64,000 nucleotides of DNA. Source: Chrysomallon squamiferum (taxonomy: Eukaryota; Animalia; Mollusca). The notes under the pieces are model-generated. The model saw nothing but the letters and a program-made list of their open reading frames with translations, had not been told where the DNA came from and searched no databases. The stretch lies in the NCBI GenBank assembly GCA_012295275.1, contig CM022673.1, forward strand, positions 13,330,001 to 13,394,000. Reading direction: 5' to 3'. Below, piece after piece: positions 11,202-24,232 of this stretch. Within the stretch, counting starts at the first letter, position 1. Every line of letters begins with the position of its first letter. Made by a program: the position numbers and the translations under genes.

Positions 11202-13616
11202 TTGAAGTAGTAGTTGTAGAAATAACAATAGTAGTTGAAGTAGTAAAAGAAGAAGTAACAGCAGCTCTTGTTGAAAAAGCAGCAGCAACAATTTCAGTTA
11301 ATTATATATATAATATCTCAGTCATTTTATGTTATTCTTGATCTGTCACACATCAAATTACTTCCAAACTTTAATTACCTTCGGTGTAGTAGTCGCATTC
11401 CATGACGTCGGTTATTTCGAATTTTGAGCCGATGTCGTATCTGTGTCCGCCGATTTCAACACACTTGTCTCCTTGTTCGTCGAAAAACACTGACAGGTCG
11501 TGAGCGTCGAGATCTGTAAAATAATAATTAAATAACGAAAATAAATAAACTGAAAGTAGAGACAAAGTGAAAGTAGAAATAATAATGTTTAAAACAGAAA
11601 GTAGAACTGGTAATTCTAAAGAGAAACAATATTTTTTTTTTTTACAAAGTTATACAAAACTATACAAGTATTATACTTGCCACACCTTTAGCTTCAAAAA
11701 CTACCACATGTATCTTTGATAAATTTATGTAATATCTATACCGCTACCAACTTTTTCAGCGACTCCGCAGGTATGATAACACTTTGACCAGTTGAAAATT
11801 AATGATAAATCTAAAAATGTTTGTCATACTTAAACAACCATCGTATTAGTGACGTCATTAAAAAAAAAGCCCGCCAGCTAGGCGAGGTTAATTAAGGGTG
11901 AAGTGAATTACAAACTGATTGATTTTAAATCACTTACAATTGCCTGAGGCGTTGCTGTCGATTGGCTTTTCGCTGCCGTGGGGGTTGCAAACGTCGTCGA
12001 AGAAAGGATAGCTGTCTGGGTTGACGAAGTCGGAGCAAGGAGGTTCCATGAACTTGGCTGAAATGTCGAAGATGACGTCATTAATTTGACGTGCATATTG
12101 ATTGATATCAGCTTAATGTGTGCGAATAACAATTAAGACACACCTGTTAATGAGCTTTTACCTGAGATATCTGATGAGAAACGACTACGTGCATATGAAA
12201 TGACATTTATCATGATGATTGACACTTCTAATCAGATTGGTGATTAAGTAAATTTATCCTCAAGTTAAATGTCTACTTTGAGTGATTTTCACACGGGCAA
12301 TTTCACTGATTTTTATTACTTTATTATTAGTTATAGGTTGTTTTTAATGTTATTGGAACCATAATTTAAATAAATAACTTACAATATTTGACAGCACATA
12401 AAATAAATATTTTTTTATTATTCTATTTTATTTTAATTTTTATAAATGTACCTTGTTCAATTACTTGTCCAAATAATTCGTATAGCAAGGCGCCAAACTG
12501 ACTATCTGTCGTCATGAAATCTTCTTTCGTCATCTGACACAGTTTTTGACCAGACAAGTTCTGGTAGTTCTCTCCCCTGAGGTGAGCGCCATCTAGTTTG
12601 TGTGTATCGACAAGGTAGTACAACCAGTCGAGAACCTCGGCATTGGTCCAGTGTTCTGGATGCTTGGTTGTCCAGCTCAGTAAGTTGTCGTATGACAAGC
12701 ACTCTGTTATGTCTGTAAATTGTCAAAATAAAGCATCTGTTATTTGTACTGAAAATTACGTACGAAACGGAGCACGTGTTAGTTAAATTTATGCGTAGCA
12801 GAGAGGAGGAGAATCACCTTTTTTATGCAATTGACAACTTTTTTTTTTTTTTAAATTATTATTATTTATTACTATTATTATTATTATAAACCAATCGTTG
12901 ATATAAGTGAATTGTTAAATTATAACTTTTTTTTAGTAGACTTGTTTAATTAAAACATTATCAAACATCATTATCACTGTAGAAAACGCATTCATGTTAT
13001 TAAATACTAAATTGCTTTTATTATCACTGTTAATGTTTCTAAGCGAAAATGTACCAGGTAAATCGCGCCTGCAGTTTTAATTAACCCACCTGTTTTGTCC
13101 TGTTTGATGTTGGCCAACAAGAAAGGCTGAACGTTGTAGTTTGTTTGACTTATGTCGATATATGTTGCACCAGTCGGTTTCTCCATACAGTAGCCGTCTG
13201 TGTTGGGTTCTGTTTTGATATTTGCTGTTGGATAGAAACTCTCAGAATCGTCAAATTCATATATCTGTTCCATTAACTGAAATAAAAGGTAAAACTGGAT
13301 TAAAATCAGTTGGTAATATTAAGTTAAATAAAAAAACATTATTTAACAACGTTTGCACTATACTAAATGCAATAAGATTATTTAAAATGAATAACAGTAA
13401 TATAATAATAATAATAAATAAAAAAATCGTAATAATAATAAAATGCTAATTAATTGCAGTAAATATATAGATGGTGCTTAAAATAATACAGATATATTTA
13501 AAGTAAGTGTATGTTTATTATTTGACATATGTAACCAACAGTCTATAAAATGTATGTAAAACATTTAAAAAAAAAATACTTACTGTTTGAGCAGAGTACA
13601 TAGTTTGGATTGACAT
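10192..13616 (-). CDS. EHF: ESE-subfamily ETS transcription factor (EHF/ELF3/ELF5-like) with PNT and ETS domains, 412 aa
   Basis: Eight exons (13584-13616, 13090-13276, 12452-12712, 11938-12057, 11379-11513, 10949-11149, 10515-10710, 10192-10297) total 1239 nt with consistent phases. PNT domain HPEHWTNAEVLDWL...; ETS domain HLWEFVRDLL...[42 protein letters not shown]...FGPKAYGWKD. The symbol denotes the subfamily, not one-to-one orthology. Confidence 0.9.
10515..10710 (-). CDS. ETS domain exon 1
   Basis: atttag|CA TCC AAA GGA AAT CAT CTG TGG GAG...ATG AG|gtaagc. Confidence 0.95.
10734..10842. repeat. About 50-bp tandem duplication in an ETS intron
   Basis: attaattatttattttttattattattattttttaaatcgataaataaaa occurs twice. 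Confidence 0.8.
10949..11149 (-). CDS. ETS gene Ser/Asp-rich exon
   Basis: attcag|GA TCA GAA...CCT C|gtaagt; Ser/Asp-rich and basic segments reminiscent of the ELF3 SAR/NLS region. Confidence 0.85.
11379..11513 (-). CDS. ETS gene coding exon 5
   Basis: ttacag|AT CTC GAC...GAA G|gtaatt; 135 nt. Confidence 0.85.
11938..12057 (-). CDS. ETS gene coding exon 4
   Basis: tttcag|CC AAG TTC ATG GAA CCT...AAT T|gtaagt; 120 nt, phase 1-1 (AKFMEPPCSDFVNPDSYPFF...). Confidence 0.8.
12452..12712 (-). CDS. ETS gene PNT/SAM domain exon
   Basis: ttacag|AC ATA ACA...CAA G|gtacat; matches ORF 12423..12698. Confidence 0.92.
13090..13276 (-). CDS. ETS gene coding exon 2
   Basis: tttcag|TTA ATG GAA...ACA G|gtgggt; contains the SUMO-like motif IKTE. 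Confidence 0.8.
13584..13616 (-). CDS. ETS gene first coding exon (MSIQTMYSAQT)
   Basis: Acceptor ttgcag with exon start 13647, ATG at 13616, donor ACA|gtaagt; phase 0 fits the next exon. Confidence 0.65.
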
Positions 13617-14043
13617 TTTTCTTCAATGTAAGTCACAGGTAGGAAAGCTGCAACGAAATGGACACAAATGAAAAATTACGTCTTATTCTAAGTCATTTAA
13701 AATAGTTAAATAAACAAAATAATAATAATAAATCAATGTATTTATTATTCACACAAGAAAACATAATGTTTCATACAAGTGAGGTTTTATATATATATAC
13801 TAATTTTAATCTTAAAAAAAAAATTTAAAAAAAAAAATTTAACTTCGTTAAATAATCCATCATCGAATAGAATGTTTATTCTATGAATAATATATGAACT
13901 GCAACACGATTTCAAAGCTGCATTAATAAAACAAAAACAATGATTTCCTCTTTCGTTAAAATAATAAAATAAAATGTTTTACTCATGACTGTTGTTTATA
14001 TCATAATCAAATGTAGACAAATCTGAAAGAATATTTTACTTAC

Positions 14044-14420
14044 AAGTTATTAGCTCGGTAATGTAAAATCCCTCAGTCAGTTTATGCTATAGTCTATAAG
14101 CAAAGTCATGGATAGTTTGCTACCCACTCGTGAGGCAATCTCATTAAAAGTATTACCGAACCTGCAGCGCGAGCCAATCGCTGAGAGGGAAAAGAAGGGG
14201 ATTCCCCTTTCGAGTCTCAGGCCGTTTTCATTGGTCGAATCCCAATCAGAATGACTATTGATTTTTACGTTTCTGTGTCAAACTAAGTAGTGGTTATATA
14301 TAGAGATATATTTCTCTACATATACAATGAAGCTGTCACGCAAGTTTGCGTGGAGGAGAAAAGGGGAAGGGGGAGGGTTTGGAAGTTTAAGGGTCGGATC
14401 GGAGCTGGGAAGAGGAACTT
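14044..14420 (-). promoter_or_regulatory. ETS gene promoter and non-coding exon 1 with NF-kB, CCAAT and C/EBP-like sites
   Basis: Donor gtaagt at 14038-14043; TGAGGCAAT at 14131-14139; CCAAT at 14174 and 14242, ATTGG at 14230; GGGGATTCCCC at 14197-14207; G-rich tract at about 14352-14415. Confidence 0.65.
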
Positions 14421-15289
14421 TACATACGTTTTATTGAATTTATTTTTATTTTCAAGTTCTTCTTTATAGAAAATGAATTTGTGTTAAATTTAAAAAAAAA
14501 AAAAAAAAAAAATGTTGTCAAGCAATAAACAACATTTGTGAATGGATTTGTGAATGAAAGAGTAGGTGCAGTGCATCAGTTATTATAAAACAGTTTTTAT
14601 TATTCTTATGTACATCACGATAATGTATTAAATAAAACTCTGTAAACGTATGAATAAAAACATAACCAGCCTTTGAATAATAATAATAATCATAATAATA
14701 ATAATAATAATAATACGTATGTAAGTATCTACCTACATATTTACACATTCACATATATACAAACACACACACACACACTCACCTGTATGTTTGTATACAT
14801 ATACATACATACATACATACATAGACACATACATACACACACATACATACAAACATAACTATACACACACAAATATAAACACACCGATTCACCAGAAATA
14901 GAATGTATTATAGATTTATTTCTTTAATATTTTAATACGATCGCCATGTTTTTCTTGGCCTCCTTCATTATTATAATTATCATCATCATCATCATCATCA
15001 TCATTAACATTGTTATTATCATTAATAACGATTAATTCATTTATTTATTTTATTAATATTTTTTTCTTTTCTTTTCTTTAATCCCCCCACACACACTTTT
15101 TCAAAAGCCTTTACTCACTTCAAAGTGCTTGTGTCCTCAAAATATTTGGACAGAATGTGACCTTTGACCCTCTTAACCAGGCCCACTTAACCTGACGGTG
15201 AACATCTTCTTTACAAAAGCAATATAACAGTTTCCATCGATAAGATTATGAAGAAGTATTTGGTCACACAGAATAATAATAATAATAAT

Positions 15290-15336
<47 letters not shown>

Positions 15337-16427
15337 CGATACTAATAATAATAAATAAGTAAATAAATAAATAAATAAAAACCCACAAAACTACAACAAC
15401 AACCAAACAATAGTAAGTGACTTCTTAAAAGATTCTTTAAAACTAGAGATTGCTGAGCACCATTCTTTCCCAGTAGATACAACACAGAGTAGTCGTAAAG
15501 GTTGGTGCGTTTGTGACGTATGAATGAATAAGCACGTTCAACACGTACACATCGGACTACATTGTATTGTGTTTATTCCGTTCAACCCGGTCCTCCGTGA
15601 ATGTTTTATCCAAATATGGGAATGCTGAAGGTTTATATCTGTGGCAAAGGTTCACATCGAAAATTCATTGATGCTGATTGTAAGAGTTGATCCTACAATG
15701 TCGTATCATCATCAAAATAAAATAAATTAGTTTAACGATTTGTGTTCGTATGTAAGTATGTATGTATGTATGTATGTAAATATGTATGTATGTCTGTATG
15801 TATGTATGTATGTATGTAAATATGTATGTATGTATGTATGTTATCCATATTTTATTTGCTATGTCAAATGTCAGTTTTATTACTTTTTTTAACTTTTTTT
15901 TTTGGTGTGGGCTAGGTACTTTTTAAAATGATCAGTATTATTGTTATTCACTTCCATGATGTCTACTTAACACTCGTCTGTGCCATTGTATGTAAATTAG
16001 TTTAAACAACCTGCACGTGACAAAGGAAGTACTTGTTTTTCGCGTTTTGTTTCTGTTGTAACATGATAAAAAAAAATAAAAATAAAATGTATTGAACACA
16101 CAAGTATTATAGTGTGTACTAGTTGTACAACTGATTTCAGAACATTAATAATATGTGCGTTTCTCTCTGTGTGTATGAATACATACATACATACATACAT
16201 ATATATATATATTTTATAAATGCGTATGTCCGCTTACTTTTCTATTTATCAGTTTATCTGATCGTTCATTCATTTGCAATAAAAAGAATAATATACGGCT
16301 TAAGGAAAACGAAACTGAATGACTAATGAGTTCATTGTCCCGTTCTCGCCATTATAGTGTGTTTCTGGATGACAGAAAAAACCGTGAAAGATAAACTATG
16401 TTTTGATTGAAATAATTTTGTTTATCT

Positions 16428-16474
16428 GAAAAGTAGCCCATGTGATGGAGGTGGAGGGTTTCCTCTCTAATATC
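16428..16474 (+). mobile_element. Degenerate mollusc SINE-like fragment
   Basis: gaaaagtagcccatgtga...gggtttcctctctaatatc resembles an abundant gastropod SINE core (from memory, not database-checked). Confidence 0.4.
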
Positions 16475-18639
16475 ACACACCAAGAGTTTGGTCCGAGACC
16501 TAATAATTTTAATATTCAAATTTGTTGAATCTAGCTTTAGCGCTCATACCTTTATTATATCATGAAGAAAAAAAAAAAAAAAAAAAAAAACAACAACCCC
16601 CCCCCCACAAAACAACAACACAACAACAACAACAACAAAAAAGCACAAAATCTGGACAAAATTATGTACATACGAACGCATATGTAAACTCCAATGTGAT
16701 AAACTGATAAATATAACCAGTATTTCGAAGAAATCTTTATTTAGACTGATAACTCTAGAACTGCTAAATATGATCTTCACCGGCTGACAAAAAAAAAAAA
16801 AAAAAAAAAAAAAAAACACTGGGAAATGTCAGGACATTTTGGTGATAAAATGACGAAAGAGTCACCGAGTATCAGGGCCTGAAGCATTTCTCGTAAGATT
16901 TCGTTTGCCGAACATGAAAGTCGCTAGAAGCTTCAACCAATAAAAAATTAATTTGTTTATGATCACCTAAATGTCTGATGGCGTCAGATGTCATGTTTTT
17001 ACATCATCATAATACGTCAGTGACGGCAACAGTTATGATATTATAATATCATCATCATCAGCAGCAGCATCAATGTACTGTTTTGGTATTGTTAAACTAA
17101 ACAACGACCACCACGAATAGCAACAACTACTACAACGAGTACTAGCCACTACTGTAACTGTTACTATCACTACTACTAATACTATGTACTACAGTTACTA
17201 GTATTAAAACTACTACAACAGTTTCTGTTATTATTACTACTACTGCTTTTACTACAACAGCTATCACTACTGCAGGTCATGCTTCTAGTAATACTACTGT
17301 TACTTCAGTTACTACTTCTACCACTATTAGTAAATATTTCTTTATTTGTATTATTTTATTTATTTATTTATTTATTTATTCACTTCATTATGTATTTATT
17401 TTATTTTGTTTTATTCTATTTTATTGAATTTATTTATTATTTTATTACTTTATCTATTTATTACTTTATTTATTTATTTATTTATATATTTATTTATTCC
17501 TTCATTCGCTCATCCACTATAAAAAAACACATTCATTAACAAACGTCTATCAGCCCATTTTTATCAAATTATTTTACTGGATTTTCTAAAACATTCGACT
17601 AAGACAAACAAAGTTTGGATGGAAACGAAAATCACGAATTAGAGACAAAATATGCTTCATCATCGTGGTTATTATTTCACGCCTGAACAACTAAAACAAA
17701 CATACGCAGTTAGATACTTCAAACTGAGGTGCGTTTCTCGCCAGTACATCATTCTAGGGTGCGTCCTTCTAGATCCGTAACTTTTGTTCGTTAGATGAAC
17801 CGCACTGAATTTAAAACGGAAGCTGCAGCAAATGAACAAAATTGGTCATCAGCTGTATTTTGAAATTCAATATATATAAATTAAGTATGCACGTGATCAG
17901 TATTGAAAGTTTAAACAAAGAGTAATAATAAAAACAAAAAATAATAATTTTTTTTTTTTTTAAATCTTTTAAAGTGACTAATTCAGATTTCTAGCTGACA
18001 TTTTAAATTTTAATTACAGTTGTAGGTCTATATGCTTACACTGCACTTATCATTTTGAAAAACAAATTAAAAATTACCAACAAATTAAAAACAAACAAAC
18101 ATAAATAAATAAATAAATAAATAAGTAAATAAGTAAACAAATAAATAAACAAATAAATAAATAAATAAATAAGTAAATAAATAAGTAAATAAACAAACAA
18201 ACAAACAAACAAATAAATATATATATATATCTTAAAAGATTTGTATCTGTCTGTCTTTCTCTCTTTGTATATATAACTATGAATGTATGTATGTATTATG
18301 CAGGCAATCTTGTATGTATGTATGTATGTGAGTATGTCTGTGTGTCTGTATGTATAAGTTAACTGCATGCATCTGTGTATGTAAGAATGTATATGTATGT
18401 ACGTATATATATGTGTAAGTATGAGTTTGTATTTAACTACATCCATCTTTCTATCTGTCTGTCAGTCTGTCCATATATCTTTCTGCTTGATTCATATTTA
18501 TATGTATCTTTATTATATGTATTAGTTTACAAATGCTGCGTTTTTAATAGTAATTAACATAAAATCGTGATCTTTCGAAGCATTGTTTAACGAAATAAAT
18601 AAATGTACATTTATGTGATATTTGACATGTCGTTGACAA

Positions 18640-18730
18640 CGTCGTAGGCGTGGTCCGATTACATCAGTTAGCCCTTGTCACGACATCCTCGGCGGACCCA
18701 TTGAGATATTTCCCAATCTAACTAATGCTC
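18640..18730 (+). mobile_element. Degenerate SINE-like 5' fragment
   Basis: cctcggcggacccattgagatatttcc resembles the head/core junction of the same SINE (from memory). Confidence 0.35.
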
Positions 18731-19038
18731 TGCTTTTTATTATTGAAATTTTTACTTAATTAAAATATTTTATATCTCATTTAATATTTAATATTACTTT
18801 CTTTTAATTCATTCGATCTCTCGCTAACTCTCAGAGCCTTTATATATCTCTGTCTCTCTCTGTGTCTGTCTGCATGAGTCTTATATATATTTTCTTTAAC
18901 GACATTTACTTGCATTTCCTGTTTCTAATTTTGATAGATTATCTTTGCGTCTTGTTAAAACCTCCGTTGTTGTGCTGAGATGAAAATATTACTATTTATA
19001 GAAAACGTAATCGTAATTCAACACGATTATCTTTTGGC

Positions 19039-19090
19039 GGGGAATCCCCCTCTTGGTCGCAGATCCGCATACGTCACAAGGCAGACGTGA
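19039..19090. promoter_or_regulatory. Distal kB site plus CRE half-site
   Basis: GGGGAATCCCC at 19039-19049, ACGTCA at 19071-19076, GACGTG nearby. Confidence 0.5.
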
Positions 19091-19367
19091 TAAAGTATAC
19101 GTGCGATTTGAATACCTACACATTCAAAGAATGTCGACAAAGTTATGGCCAAAGTCCTTTGAATAAATTATAACTGTTTACGTTTTCTGTCCTTTTAAAA
19201 AAATATTTCTATGTTAACAGAGAAAGTGAATTATACAGAAAATAGACACAAAGAATATTTTCTTTCGAACTGAAAAATAATTAATATGATGATGATGGTT
19301 ATGATTATTAATATTATTATTATCATCATTATTATCATTATTATTATCATTATTATTATTATTATCA

Positions 19368-19414
<47 letters not shown>

Positions 19415-19479
19415 TTTTTATTATTATTAATATGTTAAAATAATTCTCCTAATTTTGAAATATTTTGTAAAATAGTACT

Positions 19480-19607
19480 ATCTGTATGAATATATGTATA
19501 ATTGTGTATGTATATGTATGTGTGTATATGTATTCATGTATCTATATATAGTATCTTACTGATGTTAATACGTGTGGGTATTTATGTATGTGTATGTGTG
19601 TGTATGT

Positions 19608-19638
<31 letters not shown>

Positions 19639-19784
19639 CATATACAGACACACACGAACAAACTTCATATGTGTATGTGTTTAGCATATATGTACGTTTG
19701 TATATGTATTTATATTGACGTTTGTATATGTATTTATGTAAAGACGTTACTTTATATATATATATATATATGACGTTAATATGG

Positions 19785-19821
<37 letters not shown>

Positions 19822-20031
19822 AAGAAGTTACTGTATATATATGTACGTACGCACGCACACATATGTGTGTATGTGTGTGTGTGTGTGTGTGTCTGTGTGT
19901 TTAAACCTATTAAAGAAGATGTAGTTAGATTATAATTTTTTTTAGAAATATCCTCTTTATCTCTGCCTATCCCATTTTTTTGGATCTTGACATCAGCATT
20001 TCTAAAAACAAATGTTATAACTAGTAATCAA

Positions 20032-20064
<33 letters not shown>

Positions 20065-20122
20065 TTTGTTGTAGTTATCCAAGCCAGTATGTCTGTAGAA
20101 GTAGTAGTAAGAGTAGTAGTAA

Positions 20123-20154
<32 letters not shown>

Positions 20155-20720
20155 ATAGTAGTAATGGTAGCAGCAGTAGTAGAAGTAACAGGTACTAGAA
20201 GTAATAGTATTTTTAGTAGTAGTAGTAATAGTATATTGTTGTTAGTATTTTTTAAACAGATTATCATATTAATTTGTTATTGTTATTTATTACATATCAT
20301 TCACATAATCATATCTATTACAATATTTACATATTGATAATTATCATTTGTGTTTGTGTGTATGTCTGTGTGTATATATATTATATATGTCTCTGTTTTA
20401 CGTATGTATGTATATGTATGTATATTATGTATGTATGCATGTATATTATTTATGTATGAATGTATGTATCTCTGTGTATGGTCTATATTAGAGTGTGTAT
20501 GGATATATATGTATGTATGTATGTAGTCGTGAATGTGTAGGTATGTGTGTGTGTGTATGTATGTTTGTGTGTTTGTATGTATATAATATATTTTTCTGTG
20601 TTTGGGTTTATGTATTTGCGTTTCTGTGCGTGTGGTTGTGTTTGGGTGTACATATATTTGTGATATATATATATAGGTATATTATATAATGTTCATATGT
20701 GTTTCCATGCATGTGTGTAT
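19480..20720. repeat. Compound low-complexity (TG/TA/TAG/CAG)n region
   Basis: Seen directly. Confidence 0.85.
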
Positions 20721-22137
20721 ATAATTATTACAGTGTTTATGTTAATTTATTAATGACTCATTTCCTAATATTACTTTTTTTAATAATAATTTTTTTTTCT
20801 TTTTTTTTTATCTTTTCTTTATGTTTTGTGACAACCCGTTTATCATTAAAACACAGAAAGAAAACATGTCCTTGTCAAAACACTTGTTTTAACATTTTTA
20901 GCAAAGTCATCTTCAGCTATGCATAAATTATTCATTATGACAGATTAGATTCCACGACAAAGAAGAAGTAACAATGGTTTCATTAAGAATTTCTGTGACA
21001 GCTATTTTGTTCCTAGTTTAAACAATTTTTACTTATTCTCTTCCCTTGTTGAGTTAGTGTCCTTGGATTTGATTGGTTGAAATACACGGAGGTAAGCCAA
21101 TACAGATGAACTAGGAAGACTTCCAGTGCATTGTCACAGCTGAGCTATTTTGAAAAGAGTTGTTTAAAAGTACCCAAGCAGAGACCACCACAGCACACGT
21201 TATAAGTAAACATGTAAAAAAAAAAAAATTAAAACAAAAACGGCCACTGTGACCCTAGTGTAAAAAAAATAACATTTTTTAGTTGATTGTTTGTAAGATT
21301 ACCTCTTATCAGTGAGCACTTCAAACTAAATAAAGTAAATACAACACTAAATATTGTTTAAATAAATAAATAAATGAATAAATAATGTGATGATGATGAT
21401 AAAATAATAATAATAATAATAAGTTAATAATAATGATTATGATGATGACGATAATGTCGATGGTAATGATAATAATGATGTGTTGTTTTTTTGTTAGTTT
21501 TGTTTTTAACTCGTTTTCTATTTTCATTATTTCTCTCTCCTTCTGCCTCCTTTTATTACTAACACACATATTCATGCGCGCACACACACACACACAGACA
21601 CACCGTCTTGATACACTATCTGTTTTACGAATACGCATATTAGTGACACTCTTAAAACAATTTAAAATCCACTTTAAAATGTTGAAAATGTTAAAAAGTG
21701 AAATATAATATCTACTACAATATTAACTAGAGATTTAATATATTAACACACACACACACACAACATGCATGCACAAAGACACGTATACACAAATATACAT
21801 ACATACATACATATACATATACATACATATATACACACATACATAAACAAACACATAAATACGAAAGTATGCACGTATATGGGTATGTAACTCTATCTTT
21901 CTCTAAATAAAAAAATAAATAAATGTTTATGCTGATGCTATCTTTACATTACAAATTACGTTTTCAGTCTCACTCACACACCATATTCAATAAATAAATA
22001 AATAAAAGCACACACACACACACACAACGTTCTTGCTGATGCCTAATCTTTACATTACAAATTACGTTTTCATTCTCAACAAGCACACACATATTCACAA
22101 GCTCACACATACACACACACAAAGACCTAAGCGAACA

Positions 22138-22170
<33 letters not shown>

Positions 22171-22184
22171 GACCTAAGCGAACA

Positions 22185-22223
<39 letters not shown>

Positions 22224-22512
22224 CACGTATATACAACAAACACACGTATATACATTGTATTTTTAATACCTTCGTAAACGTTTGTAAATTCAATCTCAGA
22301 CACCAGCTCTGTTTTACATTCCAGATTTGTTTTTTTTTTTTTTTTTGAAGTTGTAAAAGTGCAGTAATCAGATTTAATAAATCTTGTCATTCAGACAAAT
22401 GATGAAACCCCTATCTGGCTATATGTAATATGTCTCTCTCTTGATCTTTTTAAGTCCTATTTTAAAACTTCACTGGCTTTTTATACCTATTTTTGGTGTA
22501 TTTCTGTGCATG

Positions 22513-22514
<2 letters not shown>

Positions 22515-22607
<93 letters not shown>
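22515..22607. repeat. (TC)n microsatellite
   Basis: Seen directly. Confidence 0.95.
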
Positions 22608-22610
<3 letters not shown>

Positions 22611-23249
22611 ACGCACACATAACGTTCGTGATTAATTTCCATGATGTACTAATTTTAATCCATGTACACACAATTGACCTTTCATATCTACGATCAAAGA
22701 TCACCGAAAACAGGCAACATTTTCAAACGACGTCTCTGCAATATGTACACGTAGATTTTTTTTTATTATTACTTTTCCCCGAAATGTTTTGACGTCATTA
22801 CAGCTGCTGCGTGATTTTGTCAAACTGGAGACTGAAAGATCGTGTAGAATGTGAAAAAAACATTGTGTCAGGTGACATCAGCCGATGACGTCTTCAAATT
22901 CAGAAAGCTGGCGTTGGTGTCGGTGACACCGAGACTGTTTTTAACGGTGTAGTGGTAATGCTTATATTTCTTTCAGCTTTAAGCCGTATTGATGATGTCG
23001 GTAGAGGTCGAGGTAAATGAGAAGGGGCTGTTGTCAATGTAGTAATAGCGTGAAAACGTTACCAGTAAAAAAATGTTAGAAAACTATTTCGTGTTTAAAA
23101 GCACGCATTAAGAATTCCTGGTTATCTTACTGAAATTATCAATTAAACTTTTATATTTTTTCTTACTCTACTTCTTTTATTTATTTATTTATTTATCATC
23201 ATCATTATCATTATCAGTCATTATAATCATTAGTCATCGTCATCACTGA

Positions 23250-23282
<33 letters not shown>

Positions 23283-23855
23283 AAAAAAATTAAAAAGTTT
23301 GAAAGAAAAATTTAGGAACATAAATTTAGATTACATTTTATATATAGTAATAAATGGATTAATTCTATCAGTACACTAAATATCTGGGAATCCATGTTTT
23401 AGGCGCGCCCCTGATAAGTGTCAAAACGCGGAGCGCAGCTGTAACAAGTCGGGTCACTTAAACAACGGATTATTTAGAAAAACGATTCACGAACTTAGTC
23501 GATTTATTCAAAGCACTATATCGGCAACATTTCGAAATTTAAGTATTAAAGTACTTTTTGAACTGCATATAACTTTTAGAATTTTGTTTTTCGATGAAAC
23601 TGTATCGAAAAGAAAAGTATGAGAAGAAACAAGAAAAAATAAAAAAAATAAATAAAAAAATAAAAATAAAAAATAAAAAAAAAAAAAAAAAAAAAAATAA
23701 ATAAATGAATAACTAACTAAATAAATAACAACATAATGTTGATAATAATAATAACAACAACAACAACAACAACAACAATAATAATAAGAAGAAGATGATG
23801 ATTTTCAATATTTCTTTATAGCTATATAATAAAACAGATAAATACCAAATTAAAA

Positions 23856-23909
<54 letters not shown>

Positions 23910-24146
23910 AAAAAAATAAATAAATAAATAAACAAAAAAGACAGGTCCTTTTCCAACAAATTAACACAAAATAGCCCCATATTTTCAAATTACTCTGATA
24001 GTGACAGTACATTTCACAACATATATTTCTTATTGAAAGAATTAACATTATTTATATTGAATGAATTAATATTATTTATATTGAATGAATTAACAGTTAC
24101 TTTCTGTGATCAGAAAATTATAATATTTTGAATTAATATTCGTTTT

Positions 24147-24232
24147 GGACAGGATAGCCCATACCACCGTCTTTACGTACGAAGTAGTATTTAGAACGGA
24201 AAATAACTCATTAGCTACACTGACAAAGACTG
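24147..24232 (-). mobile_element. Degenerate SINE-like core fragment
   Basis: gacaggatagcccataccac...gaacggaaaataactcatt is the reverse complement of the recalled SINE core (gtggtatgtgctatcctgtc). Confidence 0.45.

Noticed and set aside
10491-12132. Track ORFs 10491..10691 and 11908..12132
   Set aside because: Wrong frame; splice phases and ETS homology define different reading frames.
21930-22200. Short local duplications (tctttacattacaaattacgttttca twice; aagacctaagcgaacaagc twice)
   Set aside because: Ordinary slippage duplications within CA microsatellites.
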